A stretch of DNA of 63,967 nt, filler included, from 11 parts of 11 records of this genome joined end to end with filler, not necessarily neighbours in it; one strand, 5' to 3'; counted from the whole stretch's first letter, positions 11,601 through 25,071 are shown. A program made the numbers and translations. The notes: generated by a model from the letters alone, not told the origin.

Positions 11601-14181
11601 AGTCTCGACAAGAGGACTGCCATTGAGTCTCTTTAAACCGTCTGATCAGAGTCAAGTCAAGTGGCTAGCTCGTGTTCTGCACTGCACACCTCTCCCAATC
11701 AACTTTTACCTTCAGCAGCACGTGTTCCCGACGTGCCTGAATTTCCAGCAGCTCAAAATTTCTGCATGTGGACACGAGCTCGGCTCAAGTTTGTTATTCG
11801 GCTGTTCTGTTGGATTTAGTGGGACACCAAGCGATCTACTCCCTCTGGATTTGGACCGGTGTAAATATGAGAAGGGCTCTGACGGAATGATCTTGACTGT
11901 CCTCACCTCGCCCAAATGCGTCACCGCGGAGCAGCTTGGGAGCAACTGGACAGCTAGGTCTCTGCTAGAGAAAGTTGCACGGCGGAAGCCACCATTCCAC
12001 GCGCTGATTGACACAGGTGCACTAGTCACTGGGTTCGAAAATATCGAGGTGGCCACTGAGCTTCTCAAGCCCGACATGCTTCCTCGCCAGTTCGAGGGCG
12101 TGGTGTATCTAGACAAGAACGACGCCAAGCAGGTGCTCATGCGCTCGAACCACCGCTCTGTTGCTCTGGAACAATGTGGTCTGGAGCCTGGGCAGAGATT
12201 CTCCTTCTATGACCAGGTGTCTGCAATGCCGTGCTAGGGTACTAAGGCTGATGTGCAGGTGCATACCACCGGGATGGACATCAAGCAGTTGCCATCTGCG
12301 AGAGCTTGCCTGACCATCGGAAAAGATATGACATGGCGTGATTACGCACAAGGCGCATACAGGATGCGCGGCATCGGCAAGGGGCAGACCATACACTTGT
12401 ACATCATTCCTGAGGTTGCCAACCGAATAACAGCGGATCTGGAGGGCCAAGTCAGTGACAACGCGGGCTGGAGACTGTTGGTCCCAGCATGGCTTCTGGT
12501 CAACTCGATGAGAATGGAAGCAATGCAGTTTTCAATGCTTTCCCTTCAAGAAGTCGATAATTTGTTCAGGAAGAAGGCGCTACCAATGCTCCAACAATGG
12601 TTTGATGCAGGCTGCCCGCAGCACGAGGCAATACATAGGCTACTCAACGACAAGGAAGCAATGCAGATTTGCAGAGAAGCAGTTCATCAATTTGAAACAG
12701 AAGTGAATCATGAAGTCAATCCAGATGTCCCAAAGTCTGCAACTCTGACTGAAATGATTTCGAAGATGGTAGACCATGCACGCAAGCAGCTGCTTGGTGG
12801 AAGCTCGATCGATTCAGAGACAGAAGTGCTGATACAAACTGTAATCAAACGGCATGCGTGCACTTCTGAAAGTTCTCAAGGCGAAGTTCTCAACACTGCA
12901 GCATCCCTGGACAGCGAGCGCGAACAGGAGCAAGAGCAGGAGCAAGAGCAACAACAGCATCAAGAGCAACAGAAGCACCAGGAGCAGATGTCTCAGTACA
13001 GTCGGGAGAACGAAGATGCCAAACCGTGGGCACCCTCAGAACTCTGGAAATCTCCGGTTCTGCCCCCCAACAGTACACCATTCGAGGAGTTGATTCTGAA
13101 CTATCCCTTTTATCCTCTCAACCGGCTCGTGCTGTCAGACACGATGGACCCACTTCACTTCCCGAATGCCTTGATGGTCTCTGACAACTTCTTTAGACCA
13201 GTGTGGCTAGGCGGCGGACCAAGGAGATTGAAAAATGTGTCTGTCGTGCTCGAATGGTCCACGGAGCAGGACGAACGCCAAGCTGCAGCAATTACGTTGG
13301 CTGAAGCAGAATCAATTCGTTGGATGCTGCACAAGAAGCACGGCTCTATTCTTAAGTTGCAACTAGCTCTGCGCACTTTGGGTGGTAGCATAATAGATGC
13401 GACATCAAGATTCCTGGAGCGACGCAGTTGGATTATCCAAGGATTCCGGTTTTTCCATGGTGAAATGTATTACACTCCAGAACAGATGACCGGGCTGCTC
13501 GAGATGCTAGCACTAGACAAACCCAACGTGCGAGCTGAATTCTTCACAGAATGCATGCTCGTTCGACGGAGGGAGAGGCATAAGTGGATTGACACTCCTG
13601 TAGCCAAGCTCTTCTTTGAGGAAGTCGATTGGAGCAAGATCCATGAATTGGCTGTAGTGGAGGCTGTGAAGACCAAGCTATTGTCTCGCAGAGATGTGAC
13701 AAACGTAGAGAGTGCATTCAAGCACTGGGATACTAACAAGAATGGAGCGCTCGACCGATTTGAACTCAATGGAATGATGAAAGAACTTGGGCTCGGGCTT
13801 TCAACCTCCGACATCTCTCGTGTTATGGCTCTAGCCAGGACTAATGAGATGAATCAGATGCCTTTACAAGAGTTTCAGCGGTTGTTTGAACTGCCTGACT
13901 GCTGGGCTCAAGAAGAGTCACGAGACGAGGAAATTGAGAGACTCTTGGGACCTTTTGATTGCACAGTTTGTCATTATAAAAATACGCTGGAGGGGTTGCT
14001 GCACTGTGGTAGCTGTGGTGCTCATAGACCGAACTACGACTCCGTGCCTCCTGAGATTCGGGATATGATCATCCTTGAGTTCGGCCAATGGCAGTGTGAA
14101 TATTGCACTTTCATTAATGTGAGTGTCAAAAACAAGTTCTGTGAGTGTTGCCGAATGGCTCGCAAAGGTGCATGCCTCTAG
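8632..14181 (+). CDS. DUF3638/DUF3645-type SF2 helicase-like giant protein with EF-hands and two RanBP2/NZF-type zinc fingers (5'-partial)
   Basis: Motifs QMIMGAGKTT, MDEVD, AVPFVGKDVPSRSSEFAHPD, GFSGT, LIDTGA, TTGMDIK and YAQGAYRMR are present. An intron at 12217-12258 (GT-AG, 42 nt) joins YDQ|VHTTG. EF-hand: DTNKNGALDRFE. Fingers: CTVC..CGSC and WQCEYCTFIN..CECC. Confidence 0.8.
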
Positions 14182-14538
14182 TACGTACAAGTATGTTTCC
14201 GGCTACTGTGTACAGTACGTAGCCACGAGTATGTTAAGATTGTGAACCTCTATTACTCGTACTTAAATTCTACGAGTTACTTTCAATTTGCTTGTATCTG
14301 CCCTTGTCGCGAACTAGTCGCGAATAAAGACTTAAAAAAACATGGTTGTTGCTCCAAGTACATGATTGTCTTATAAAGCAATCCAAGTGCCACCAACTCG
14401 CCCGTATCTGATTTATTTGATGGGAAAATGCGCGACCCTAAAGGTTCATCGGCTGGCAATTTGAAGCTCACGTTGTCGACGTCACTCCTTGCTACACTCG
14501 CAGGCTTGCTTTCCACAGGCTGGCTCGGGTTTCTTCGC

Positions 14539-14643
14539 TTACTCAGCAGGCAGGTACATCTTTGCAAAGTCGTCCACAGCGTGTGCCAGAGCATCAGCCA
14601 CCGCAGCATCCACATTCTGCTTGGCCTTCATGGCGGCCTGCAT
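14539..14643 (-). CDS. Possible 3' end of an unknown gene (partial)
   Basis: The minus frame from the contig edge reads MQAAMKAKQNVDAAVADALAHAVDDFAKMYLPAE* and looks helical. No family is recognisable. Confidence 0.3.
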   Translation of the reverse strand: MQAAMKAKQNVDAAVADALAHAVDDFAKMYLPAE

Positions 14644-15236
14644 CNNNNNNNNNNNNNNNNNNNNNNNNNNNNNNNNNNNNNNNNNNNNTTAATTAATTAA
14701 NNNNNNNNNNNNNNNNNNNNNNNNNNNNNNNNNNNNNNNNNNNNCCCAGCATGTGCGCCGGAGAGAACAGCCGTTCGAAGCCGAACATTAACAGCTAGCA
14801 TGGCAACGGTCAAAGTCTGGTACGTCCGTTGAGAGCTAGAGTCGTGAAGGTTCTAAGTAGAGATCTAGACTGGCACCAGCCTTAATTAAGGGCTGGTGCT
14901 CCTAGAAACGTTACCTAAACGTAGTGTGGTGTTATTAGTGTGGTGTGATGAGTCTCGATCCATTCGCTAATAAAGAAGGTGTCCATAACGGAGTAGTGTG
15001 CAGACCTATGGAGTGTGTGGGCACTACAGGTACCCACTACAGCGACGATCTGCCAACGGCAACCTCGGAAAACTCACCGATATATATACTACTCGTACGG
15101 TCTACCTACACTTCGCCGCCCCGTGCTACCAACACCAGTTGATTGTTTGCTTTTACGGCCTTACACCCTTGCCTTGTAATAGAGTACAAGTAGAGTACAA
15201 GTAAGAATGCGATCTAACTTTCTGGCTATGGAGCGA

Positions 15237-18200
15237 CTACTGCATTCTAGTCAGGTGGCCGAGCAAGCACAAATTGTACTGCATCAAGTCCTCCATCCGT
15301 TCCCATTGCTCCTGGTGGCCTCGCCTCAACTCAGTAGCCAGCACCCTTAGCTCGGGCCGCGCCGCAATCTCCAGTCCATGCACCTTGAGTACTAGCCCAA
15401 GCTGCGCCTGCCGCCCCCGGATCACTCCACTTCCTAGGTGCGAACTCGCCTCAATCAGCTCGAAATTTGTCCCTTTTCGTATCTCTCCCAGCATTAGCTG
15501 CAGCAGCGCCTTCAGATCCTGCACCCTGCCATTCACCGCCACGCATGACGAGCGCACCTCGCCAGGCATCATCATCCTCACCTCGACGTCCACCGCGGAC
15601 GGCCCGAGCTTGCACAGCAGCGCCACCTGCCCATGCCTCAAGCCCTACCTCGCCCCTCAGCTACCGCTGGTGCAAAGTCCTGGTTCTCTGCCCCTTGCTG
15701 GAGCAGCTTGACCAGCTGGCTTGCGGGTCCTCGGCCCGACTCCCCTGGTACCTTCCGCTTCCGGGCCGGCGGTTCCATCTCAGCGTCACTGTCCTCCTCG
15801 TCGCCCGAACTGTCCTGCCACGCGCCCTCTGGCCCATCCCAGCCTTGCTCCTCTGGCTCGGGCGCTGCCACAAACTTTGGATCGAGCCCTGGCAGCATCG
15901 GCAGGAAGAAAGGCGCGTCCTTCTTGTCCTGGACGGCCTCAGCCGCCCGGTTCCGTTGCTTGATCTGATCGAGCAGTGCGAGGTTTGCCCACTGCGGCCG
16001 TGCAACGCCTGACAGGCAGACCGCGGTGCCATGCACGATGTCGAGCTCGGGAAGATCAAACTCGGTCGGTCCTGCGGCTGTGGCCTTGGAGCGGAGCTCT
16101 ACAGGCGAGAGTCGGTCGGTGTTGGTCCAGAGGTAGACGCCCGTCTTGCCCACATGGGTAGTGGCGATGAAGTCGCCGCTGGGACAGAAGCTGACCGAAC
16201 TTGGGGCTGCGTCGCACTCCGTGTGGTCGAGGAGTGTGCCAGACGGCAGATCTGGCCACACCGTCAGCACGAGCCATGTTATCTATGCGGCGGGCACCAT
16301 AGACGCGGATCGAGCCGTCCATAGAGCCTAGTACTACCCAGCGCGCGTCGGGAGAGAAGCAAATCCCCGATATCACGCCATCACATGGCTCAAACCTGCA
16401 AGCAACATGAGCAACTAGTCGCAGGTGCAATCGGCACCGGCGGACTAGGCACCGGCGGACTGGGTCAAACACCAGCAATGCCATTTTGTCGGTGGCCACG
16501 GCCAGCAGTTCATTCTCTCGATGCATTACAGCATGCGTCACGCCGGCGCCAACTTGCAGCACTCCTCGGTCGGCCAACTGACAGCTGCTGAAGTCCCAGA
16601 CCTTGATAGTTCCGTCTGTAGAGCCCGAAACAATCCAAGCATTCATCGCATCAGTGCACACGGCCGTCACACCGCCAGCATGCGCCAACCCAGCGCTGTC
16701 TGTGTAGCAGCCTCGGTGCTGGCCCGACTGCAAGTTGTACTTGTCCAACCGGCCACAAGACCAGCCGACCAATCCAAAGTGTCCACAGCTCGACACAGCC
16801 ACAGCCCGCGAGCTGCTCTCGCCCCCGCCACTGCAGGTCAGCTTGTGCGCGGTCAGCGCCTTATTCTGGAATGTCCAGCTCCGGGCGACCCCCTTGATGT
16901 GTCCAGTAACCACGTCGGCCCAGTCGCGAGACCGCACCCCAGACGAAGCCACTGCGAGCACCGCAGGCAGTCTCAGCTCCTCTGGGGATAGTCCGAGCTT
17001 GGCCGCTCCATTGAGCAGCCCGGGACCTTGCGACATCTCGCGGTTTTGATGGTCAGCGATTGTGGACACAAACCTCAGCGTGCGGTCAGGAGCTGCCGTG
17101 AGGAGGTGTCGGTGGTCGCCCCCACAGTAATGCACTAGTGTAGGGGGCAGGGCGTGCCCGCTGCGGGATCGGAGCATCCGGGCTGCCCCGGGCTGCTCTT
17201 GGTCGAACACCCAAATACTCAGCGCGTTGTCCTTCCCAACGGAGATCATCGCTGAACCGGCCATTCTCAGCCAGAACCACTGTGGCGGATGTTGGTTACC
17301 AGGTTCGCCGTTGAAGTGTGACATGGAGAGAACCGCGTGAGTGTGTGGCCGGAAGGAGGCCACCACTTCCTGCCCGGCCCGAATCAATCGAATCATGGGA
17401 CGGCTCAAGCAGGGCACCCTGTTGTCCAGATCAAACACAATCGCTTCACCTGAGGTGCAGCCAACACACAGGTGCGGGGTGCCATCGTTCCGAAAGCTCA
17501 GCGCCGTCACCTTGGTGCCTAATACGAACATTCACCCGGACAGGAGAGTCTGGCCGCACCTGCATCAAAGCAGACGATAGGCACGTCGGCTCTCATGTCG
17601 TGCACTTTCACAGCACCCGACGCAAACCCAGCAGCCAGCACGTCCACCACCGGCGACTGGACAATTGCAGTCACACTGCCTGGACCAGTTAGGCGGCCGC
17701 CCGCGCGATCCGGGCGCCTCGAGTCGTCGCGCAGCTGCTTGTACCGGTAGACCTTCTTCTCCGACCTCAGGTTCCAAAGCTCCAGCACGCCGGAGGCGGA
17801 CCCGACCACGATCTTGTTCAGGTAGGTGTCTGGGTGGCACATGTAGCACGGCACAAACCCCGGCCCGAACCGGAGGGTCCCGAGCTCCGATTGATCGTCC
17901 AAGTCCCACACCTAGCCCGCCACTAGGCCACCCTAACCCCGGCGGGGCGCCTTGACGGTCTGGTCTAGCCCGAGCGATACCAGATGCGACCCGAACGGCA
18001 GCAGCTGCACCACCCGCCCAGTGTGCCCCTCCAGCGCGAATTCCTCCACTCCGCGCTTGCATACGTGTATCTTGGGCTCAGTCTCCCCGGCGGCCGCGCA
18101 GCTGTAGTCAGCAAGCGCAGCGACCGCCGTCACTGGATGCTCCAGCTGCGGGCCTGTCCCAGGCAGGCTGGGCCCCAGGGCGGGCGGGCGGGCGGACCGA

Positions 18201-18404
18201 CGAATTTGAGGCGCAGCTTGGCGTCGTAGATCTGGAAAGAGTTGTTGGCCGCGGTGGTCACAAAGTGCCGAGTCCCTCGGCGCTGGATCGCAAACGGGAC
18301 CTGCCCCCCCTGAGCTAGCCGGGCGCCGGGCCGGCCCGCACCTCGGAGGAGACCACCCCGAGGCACCGGAACGGGGTGAACAGCCCGGAGCCCGGCTCCG
18401 TCAT
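15237..18404 (-). CDS. WDR36: U3 snoRNP protein WDR36/Utp21 (WD40 repeats plus Utp21 domain), about 12 introns
   Basis: Spliced N-terminus MTEPGSGLFTPFRCLGVVSSE|VPF; also HPDTYLNKIVVGS, QSPVVDVLAAG, RSRSGHALPP, LLDQIKQRNR...DAPFFLP and GPSAVDVEVR..NFELIE|AQL. Introns are 38-48 nt, including GC-AG at 17912-17950, 17676-17717 and 15408-15449. Confidence 0.92.
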
Positions 18405-18636
18405 CTCGCGCGCGGGTTTGCTTCCGACGTTCCACTTGCCAGTTGGTGGTGGTCCGTTATCTCAGGGTTCAGTCCAAGGTCAGCTGCTCAGTGCTGCACG
18501 TGTGCACGTGTATGCCAAACAAGAGGAAACCGNNNNNNNNNNNNNNNNNNNNNNNNNNNNNNNNNNNNNNNNNNNNTTAATTAATTAANNNNNNNNNNNN
18601 NNNNNNNNNNNNNNNNNNNNNNNNNNNNNNNNGCAG

Positions 18637-21600
18637 GTGGTGCTCCAGGCTATAGCGCTCATGATACTGGTCTCATCAGTAGTTCTGGTCATAGTAGAAG
18701 TGTGCGATGCAAGCCCTTCGACCAAGTCCATCGTCTTCATTGGACAAGACTTCAAGCCGATCCGAACCATCGTGTTCGCGATTTTGGTTGTCCTCATGGT
18801 ATTGCAACTCTGTGAGTTCTATGTCGAAATTAGGAGCATCAGGCTGCACCTTGGGAGAATTGACGGCCTCTGCAGAGATGAAGTTGCGCCAATCCTGGAA
18901 GCTCGTCTCGCTCAATACCCATACATGCAGCCAATCACCAGGGGCGGGTGTGCAGCTCGAAGTCTGGAGTATAAAGCTGATCCAGGCCTCACCATAGCGG
19001 CCAACATCAAGTCTGCTATTGCAGCTGCGTTGACAGCGGCGCCAGACGCCACTCAGGAAGACCGTGCAAGGATTGCTTCTGCAACAGCTGTCGAGGTGCT
19101 CATACCCTACCTTCTCGCGGCCCTAAAGTTTATGCCCAAAGAGGGCGTGTTTCCACTCGACACCGAAGTAGAGGAGCAGCGGGAAAAGGCACGAACCTGC
19201 TGGTTTCCAGTGGCGGAGTATCTGAGAGATGAAGGGTTTCCCGACCTCGAATTGAATTATTCAGAGATTGGGATGCGCGTTTCAAACTCGGCTGTCAAAT
19301 CTCCTAGATCGTCCCAGCAACACTCGCATGCCAGTACATTGGTTCACCTTGGCGACGGCCCAGTATTTAGCTCGGCTTCTTGGAGTGGCCATCCCTTGTT
19401 CCCATTGAAGACCCTTCTCCACCTGCTACTGCAGATGGCTGTACCTGTTTGCATTCACGCATCACAAATGGCAGCAAGAGAGCAGGGCGCAGCAGGCTAC
19501 TCTCTGTTGGCAGCCTCTCTTTATGGTGCAGCCTATGGCTACACCAAACTCGCGGTTCATTTTACGCGCGAGGGCGCTCCATCTATGACACTCAAAGCAG
19601 CGAGGGCCCAGGCAGTGGCGTGCCACCCAGAAATCGATCTGAGCGCGTTAGAAGTGAAGCGAATTCAGATGGAAGGGGAGTTAGGTTGCATCTCAGATGA
19701 GATGCGAAAGGAGGTACTCAGGATAGCGATGGATCCAGACCTTTGGCCTGATGATTATGGGTTGATGAGAGGCCGTGGCGAGCTCTCCAAGACGTACGAC
19801 GCTGTCCTTCGTCATCAACTCGCACTGCGCGTCAGCATGTTTTCTGCAATTTCTGCGATTGTGGTATACACGCTGATAGTAGGGGTCCATTCAACATTGG
19901 TCGGAATCGATTTCTACGATGCAGTTTGGCTTCCGTTTGAATGCGTGTTCTTTCTTGGAGGCTTTTGCAAACCTTACCCTGATGACAATGAATGGCGGTC
20001 CCCTACGCTGGGAAATATTGTCATCTTTCTCATGGTTCCTCTTTTGGCGGTCCTGGTTTTTACACTGAGACAAGGCTTAATAGAGAACAACTATCTGCTC
20101 TTTTGCAACGCCAAGACCACACAACTCAGGCGTGCATATTCTAACAAAGAGCTGAGACTTCAAGATATGTTCACAGCCACGCTGGTTGCCTTCCTCATTC
20201 TGTTCTTTTCCATCATTGCACTTCTTCTTGCAGTGTCTGTTGGTGGAATGGATGCTGCAGGGTTCATCTTTATTGTCACCATCTACTGCACCATTCACAC
20301 ACCAATGGTCTGTGCGCTGTTCCGAATGCGTGCGACTTCCTTCTCCACACCAATTTTCCTGCTCGGATTGCTCGTTGTTGTCATGCTTTCAATGTTCTTG
20401 CTGTCATCGCAGAAGTATGTTACTGGATTCATGATGATATTCATGCTCTATCTCACAATTTACTGTGCTTACCTTGGATCACAGGCACGCTCCAAATTCC
20501 CGGATAGAGCACAAAACACGTTCGTCCACTATGCCCAACCAATAGCGGTGATCCCATTCATTCTTCACTTGATTGCAGTCTATGTCACAGTGGATCATTG
20601 GTTTGGGACTTCAAATAGCTATGCTGAGACTGAAATTGCCGTTTCCATGGTATTTGTGGTGACATTTTACATCTGCTTTGGCCTGGCCCTATTCTATCAG
20701 TACAAATGGCTTCAGGGGGGTCATTCTGACGAAGATAAACGGTTCTATCTCCGGATGATATGGATCCCGCTCCTACTATTGCTCTTGGTTGCGGTTGGTA
20801 TTGTATTCTACCTCAAGAAGACCCATATCGATATTTCAACAAGCCAATCGTTGTTTGTTTATGCAACGGCGATATTTGGCATATTGTTCATATTCTTTGC
20901 ACTTTCAGGGTTTTTGGCATTTACTGTATCGTGGAACATGCCATCTCCAAGTCCAGATTCACTGTTCCTTGGTCAGCCTGTTTATCGCCTTCACGACTCA
21001 AACCTTGACCACGACCAGCCTCTTGAGGGAGCCCGGCTGCTGAGAGATGATGCTGACGATAACAAGGATCTGCGCAAATTTGCGAAGCCGTGGGCTCTCA
21101 CTTACGTTGCTGTTTTAATGCTTTTCTTCTGGAGCATTGCAGGACTGGTCCTTACTCCGCGCATCCCGGAATTCATGAGCTACAGTAAAAGTCCTGTCAC
21201 TCTGTCAACGCTCTGCTTCACCTTGATGCTGCTATCCTGCGGCCCGTATTACTCTGCACTTCGTGTCCCATTGGCGCTGTCGCAGTTGTTTGGCCGACTT
21301 ACAAAGCGGTCGGAGTGTACTATGCTCTCTGCAAGCATCGGCAGGCTATGCGACGAGGGGTACAAGTATGCGCAACTAGAGGAGCATATCATTGGCACTG
21401 CAGAATTCTATGTATCACTCGGTAGCGCGCTTGGGATGCCTTTCAAGCAGTGCACGGGCAAGCAAATAGGTCTATTATTCTGGGACAAGAATGGAAATCG
21501 TGACGAGCAAGAGGTGCAGCGTCGATTTGAACACTGGCACCAACAACATTTCGAAACGCTGGCGGAGGAGAGGGACGATATCTTGACGGAAACAGACTTT

Positions 21601-24600
21601 TCCGAGTTTTTCAAGACAGTTTATCTTGGCTTCGGGTCTGCAGATTATGATCCTTCACTTTTGCGAATGTTTACACAGGCCATCCATGAGCTCAGAACAA
21701 CGATCCAGAATAGTCAAAAGGACCAGACTATGCGATCTACGCTGCGGGCATTCAAGTCTATCTGGACCACTAAGAGTGACGATGTCATCCGCGCTGAAGT
21801 TCTGCCAGATCGAGATAATCTCGAGAGCCCAGAATCAACGGGCTGCTGGTATTGGATGACCATGTGGTGGCAAGCTAGTTTAGAGCAACTGGAAGCCGGC
21901 TATTCAGCTATCACGGAGCACTATTTGCTGCACTCTGAGTTGATGCGTTTTGTGTGCCATTTTATGCTCAATGTAGTAGAGTCGTTGATGGCGGCTCAAG
22001 AGGTGGAGGCTCGAGCTTACGCGGCACTCACAGAAGATACAGAGGCTGAAGAAGAGGGAGAGGCGGCCCACCAAGATCTAGACACCGGGCGGATAGAGAT
22101 GCCAACGCTGGCACAATTGAGCAACGCTGGTGCGGTAGCACTATATAATGGGGAAGTTGACATGATCTATGATAAAAAAAAGGGAGTTTGGCGTCAAGAC
22201 CTTGTCCATGGGAAACACGATGAAACCGAGGCCCTTCTTGCGGAGCAGTCTGCTCGAGCTCTGAGGGCGCTCTCAGAAAACTGTCTTCCGGCATTCCGAA
22301 CCATCCGAAATTCGCTGGCCTTGATTGTACGCTACATAGCAGTGCCGTCGCGGCCATCCATGCAGGCTAGTGTTCAAGAGCACATCCTTACTCTTGACAA
22401 GTGGAACGAGATCTTTGGAATCCCATGTGGCTCTAGTGTAGCGTCGATTAGTGAACTGCTCGATTGCTTTTTACACCTTGAAAGCGACACAATCAGGTGC
22501 CTAGTGTGTTGCCCAGACAACCGGATGTGAGTCTGAATTTTTGGTTGTGCAGATGGAACAATGCTGTGCAGCTGCATATTGCTAAGGCGCCGATTGTGTA
22601 CTTCTGTGCCTTGATATTCGAGCACATAGACTTTGGTGCCGTCTATGAATCCTCCCCAGAAGTCATTGAGCCCAAATTGGTGGCAGATTTATTCGCCTAC
22701 TTTGCTGGGAGCGGAGAGTGCAGATTTGATACATTCTTGGGTATGAGGAATAGATCTGTGGCCTTCGATAGCATGGTCGATAGAATGATGGACAAAGCCA
22801 AAGAAGATCGAGCCCCTGTACAAAGCCTAATGCGCTGTTTTTCAAATCTGCACCAGGTTTCATCCTCGCCTTATTACTCTGTGATCACGCTGTGCACAGG
22901 AACTAGAACCGATCCAGGTCGGACTGATTGAAGCTATGAAGTGTGTCTCTCCAGAGGATAGGCCAAAGTTTGCTCCTTACTTTGGCCCAGCTGTCTTGCA
23001 AGAGGCTAAGATGGTCCTCTACAGTGAGGCGGCATATGACCGGCTGTTCACCCTCTGTGCTGATAGCGCTACTGTCAACAAATCCTCGCGTGAGAAGTGC
23101 AACGAATGGCTCCGCTATGTAGTTTGGGATGTACCACAAGCTGGCCATTCGGCAATCACAACTACGATCAATTCTGCATTTAATCAATGGCTTGATAACC
23201 AATGCAACACTCCAGGTGAAGGCGGGTTCATTACTCGGGAGGCTTTTACAAAGTTGCACGGCGTGATCTATCGATCAGCCCATGGAATGATAAGCTCGGA
23301 CTCGCCGCTTGGCACTTTGTGCATGGGTGACGCATGCGGCTGGGAGCTCTGGGAAGACCTACTTGCATGCATCAAACGGTGCATCCAGTCAATGAAGTAC
23401 TCGGGAGATTTAGTCGAAGACATGCCCGAGCCAAGAAAGGCACAGTTTGCATTCGCCTGTACTGCAGCCAAGCTGGCGGAAGACCATTTTGAGCGCACCT
23501 TTTTTGTCTCGACCAGATCGCACCTGTACCACAATATTCGTCATGGAAAATACTCATCCAAGCCCAAACAATATGATAACGCTGCAGCTGCGCTGAGTGA
23601 CGTGATCGAAAACCCGTTATTTGATCAAATCAAACCATACCTGTACAAGGAACAGTACGTTCACGATATGATTTTTTACCTGAAGCTCCCAGAATTCCAA
23701 CGACGCGACTACTCAGCATTGTATCGCTCCCTTTGCGGAGTGAAGCACCTGCGTGCCATGTGTGATGCGGAAACAGGCCGAGCAAGAGCCAGTAAGCAAG
23801 AAGGGAAGATCTCGGAGGTGCTATCTGGGCTGGTGTGCAACAATATTTCAGTGAGAAGAGCTCTAACCGCCGCATGCAGAATAGACTTCAGTGGGCGCAT
23901 CTATGATTGCCAAGGTTCTTGGGAGCAGATTGAGGCAGCTATCATAATCCAGCGTACCTGGCGTAGGATGCACAACAGAAGGCACCGGGAAAGTATAGCC
24001 AACCTAAATCGTGGTTCTTCTGCTGATTTTGCCCTCCGAGAAACCTCACGACACTCGTCCGAGGGTGAATTGGGTCGAGATAGACTTGTTTCGGAGATGC
24101 CAAAGCTTAGCGTTCCTGGGCTAAGGACTGTAGAGACACAGGTCGTACTACTAGACACTCTTCTGATCGCTACTCAACCCGTCACGTTGGAGTTTGTATT
24201 TGGGTCCAACCTGCGGTATCATCCCGAGCAGCATGCGATCGGTAGACCCAAAGAAGCGTGCGAAAAACGCGTCTTTACCCAACTCAATGCATGCGCCCTT
24301 TTGCCATTCCATTCTGTTGAAGTTGTGCTCCTGACACAATCAGGAGGGGACGCAGAGCTTCGCCGGCCTCAAGTCGCAATGCAGATCATAAGCCATATTG
24401 TGGATGGTTCCAAACACACATGTTATGAGCATCTGTTTCTGCTTGAAGGAAAGATGACGGGTCAGGGCAGGTGCGTCCATTGATTTGAGTTGCGTTCTAA
24501 GTGTGCTGTGCAGCGATACTGTGTTTGCTCTCGAGCGACAATCAGCACAACTGCTGGAAGCCTGTTCTTCTCGGCTCAAAGTTGTCAAGTGCGAGCAGTG

Positions 24601-25071
24601 TGAAGCTCAACTGGCCAGTGCCGAGTTTTGTGTCAGGCACCACTCCCACTCTGCGGTGAACCCACAGACATTAGATGCGTACTCACTCGCCTTTCTTCTT
24701 TTCAGGCTGATGTGGAAGGCCCCGACGCGACTCATCTGGAACATGAATATGGAGCTCCAAGGACGTGCGTGTATACATCCAGCCGGCCTGCGGACATGGG
24801 GATCACATATTTCGTCCCTTATAGGCGCCACCAAGCAGCTGCATGTTCGTCAAATGAGGAGATTGAAGACGAGGACAACTGGATTGTGAACCCCGAGGAT
24901 ATCGAAGTGAGGGCCTCGGGTCGTCACGATAGTTCAGTTCAAGCAGTCGGTGTGACCATGGGGGGAGAAAATGGGGTGGCGGATCTAACATTAGAGCCTG
25001 AGGCAAAGGGTGGTGCTGATTTTGATACAAATGGTTGGTTAGAGGACGAGAATAGTGTCCCGGTTGGATAG
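18637..25071 (+). CDS. Very large polytopic membrane protein of unknown function with a cytosolic IQ motif and a CxxC..CxxC finger (5'-partial)
   Basis: Many hydrophobic helices lie in 18637-21260. Introns 22497-22552, 22857-22899, 24471-24513 and GC-AG 24637-24674 link five frames. IQ motif AAIIIQRTWRR is at ~23935-23967; the spliced product reads CEQCEAQLASAEFCVRC. Confidence 0.65.

Noticed and set aside
1-14181. RNF213-like and DUF3638 genes as a linked defence island
   Set aside because: They are on different contigs separated by artificial linkers.
14873-14905. Helitron 3' end (hairpin plus CTAG)
   Set aside because: CTAG is only 2-4 nt from the stem and is followed by A rather than T, and no Rep/helicase is nearby. 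Kept only as an unexplained hairpin.
16433-16462. 15-nt tandem repeat at a WDR36 exon/intron boundary as an introner target-site duplication
   Set aside because: Both copies lie at the donor side rather than flanking the intron, and I saw no family of similar intron sequences in the window.
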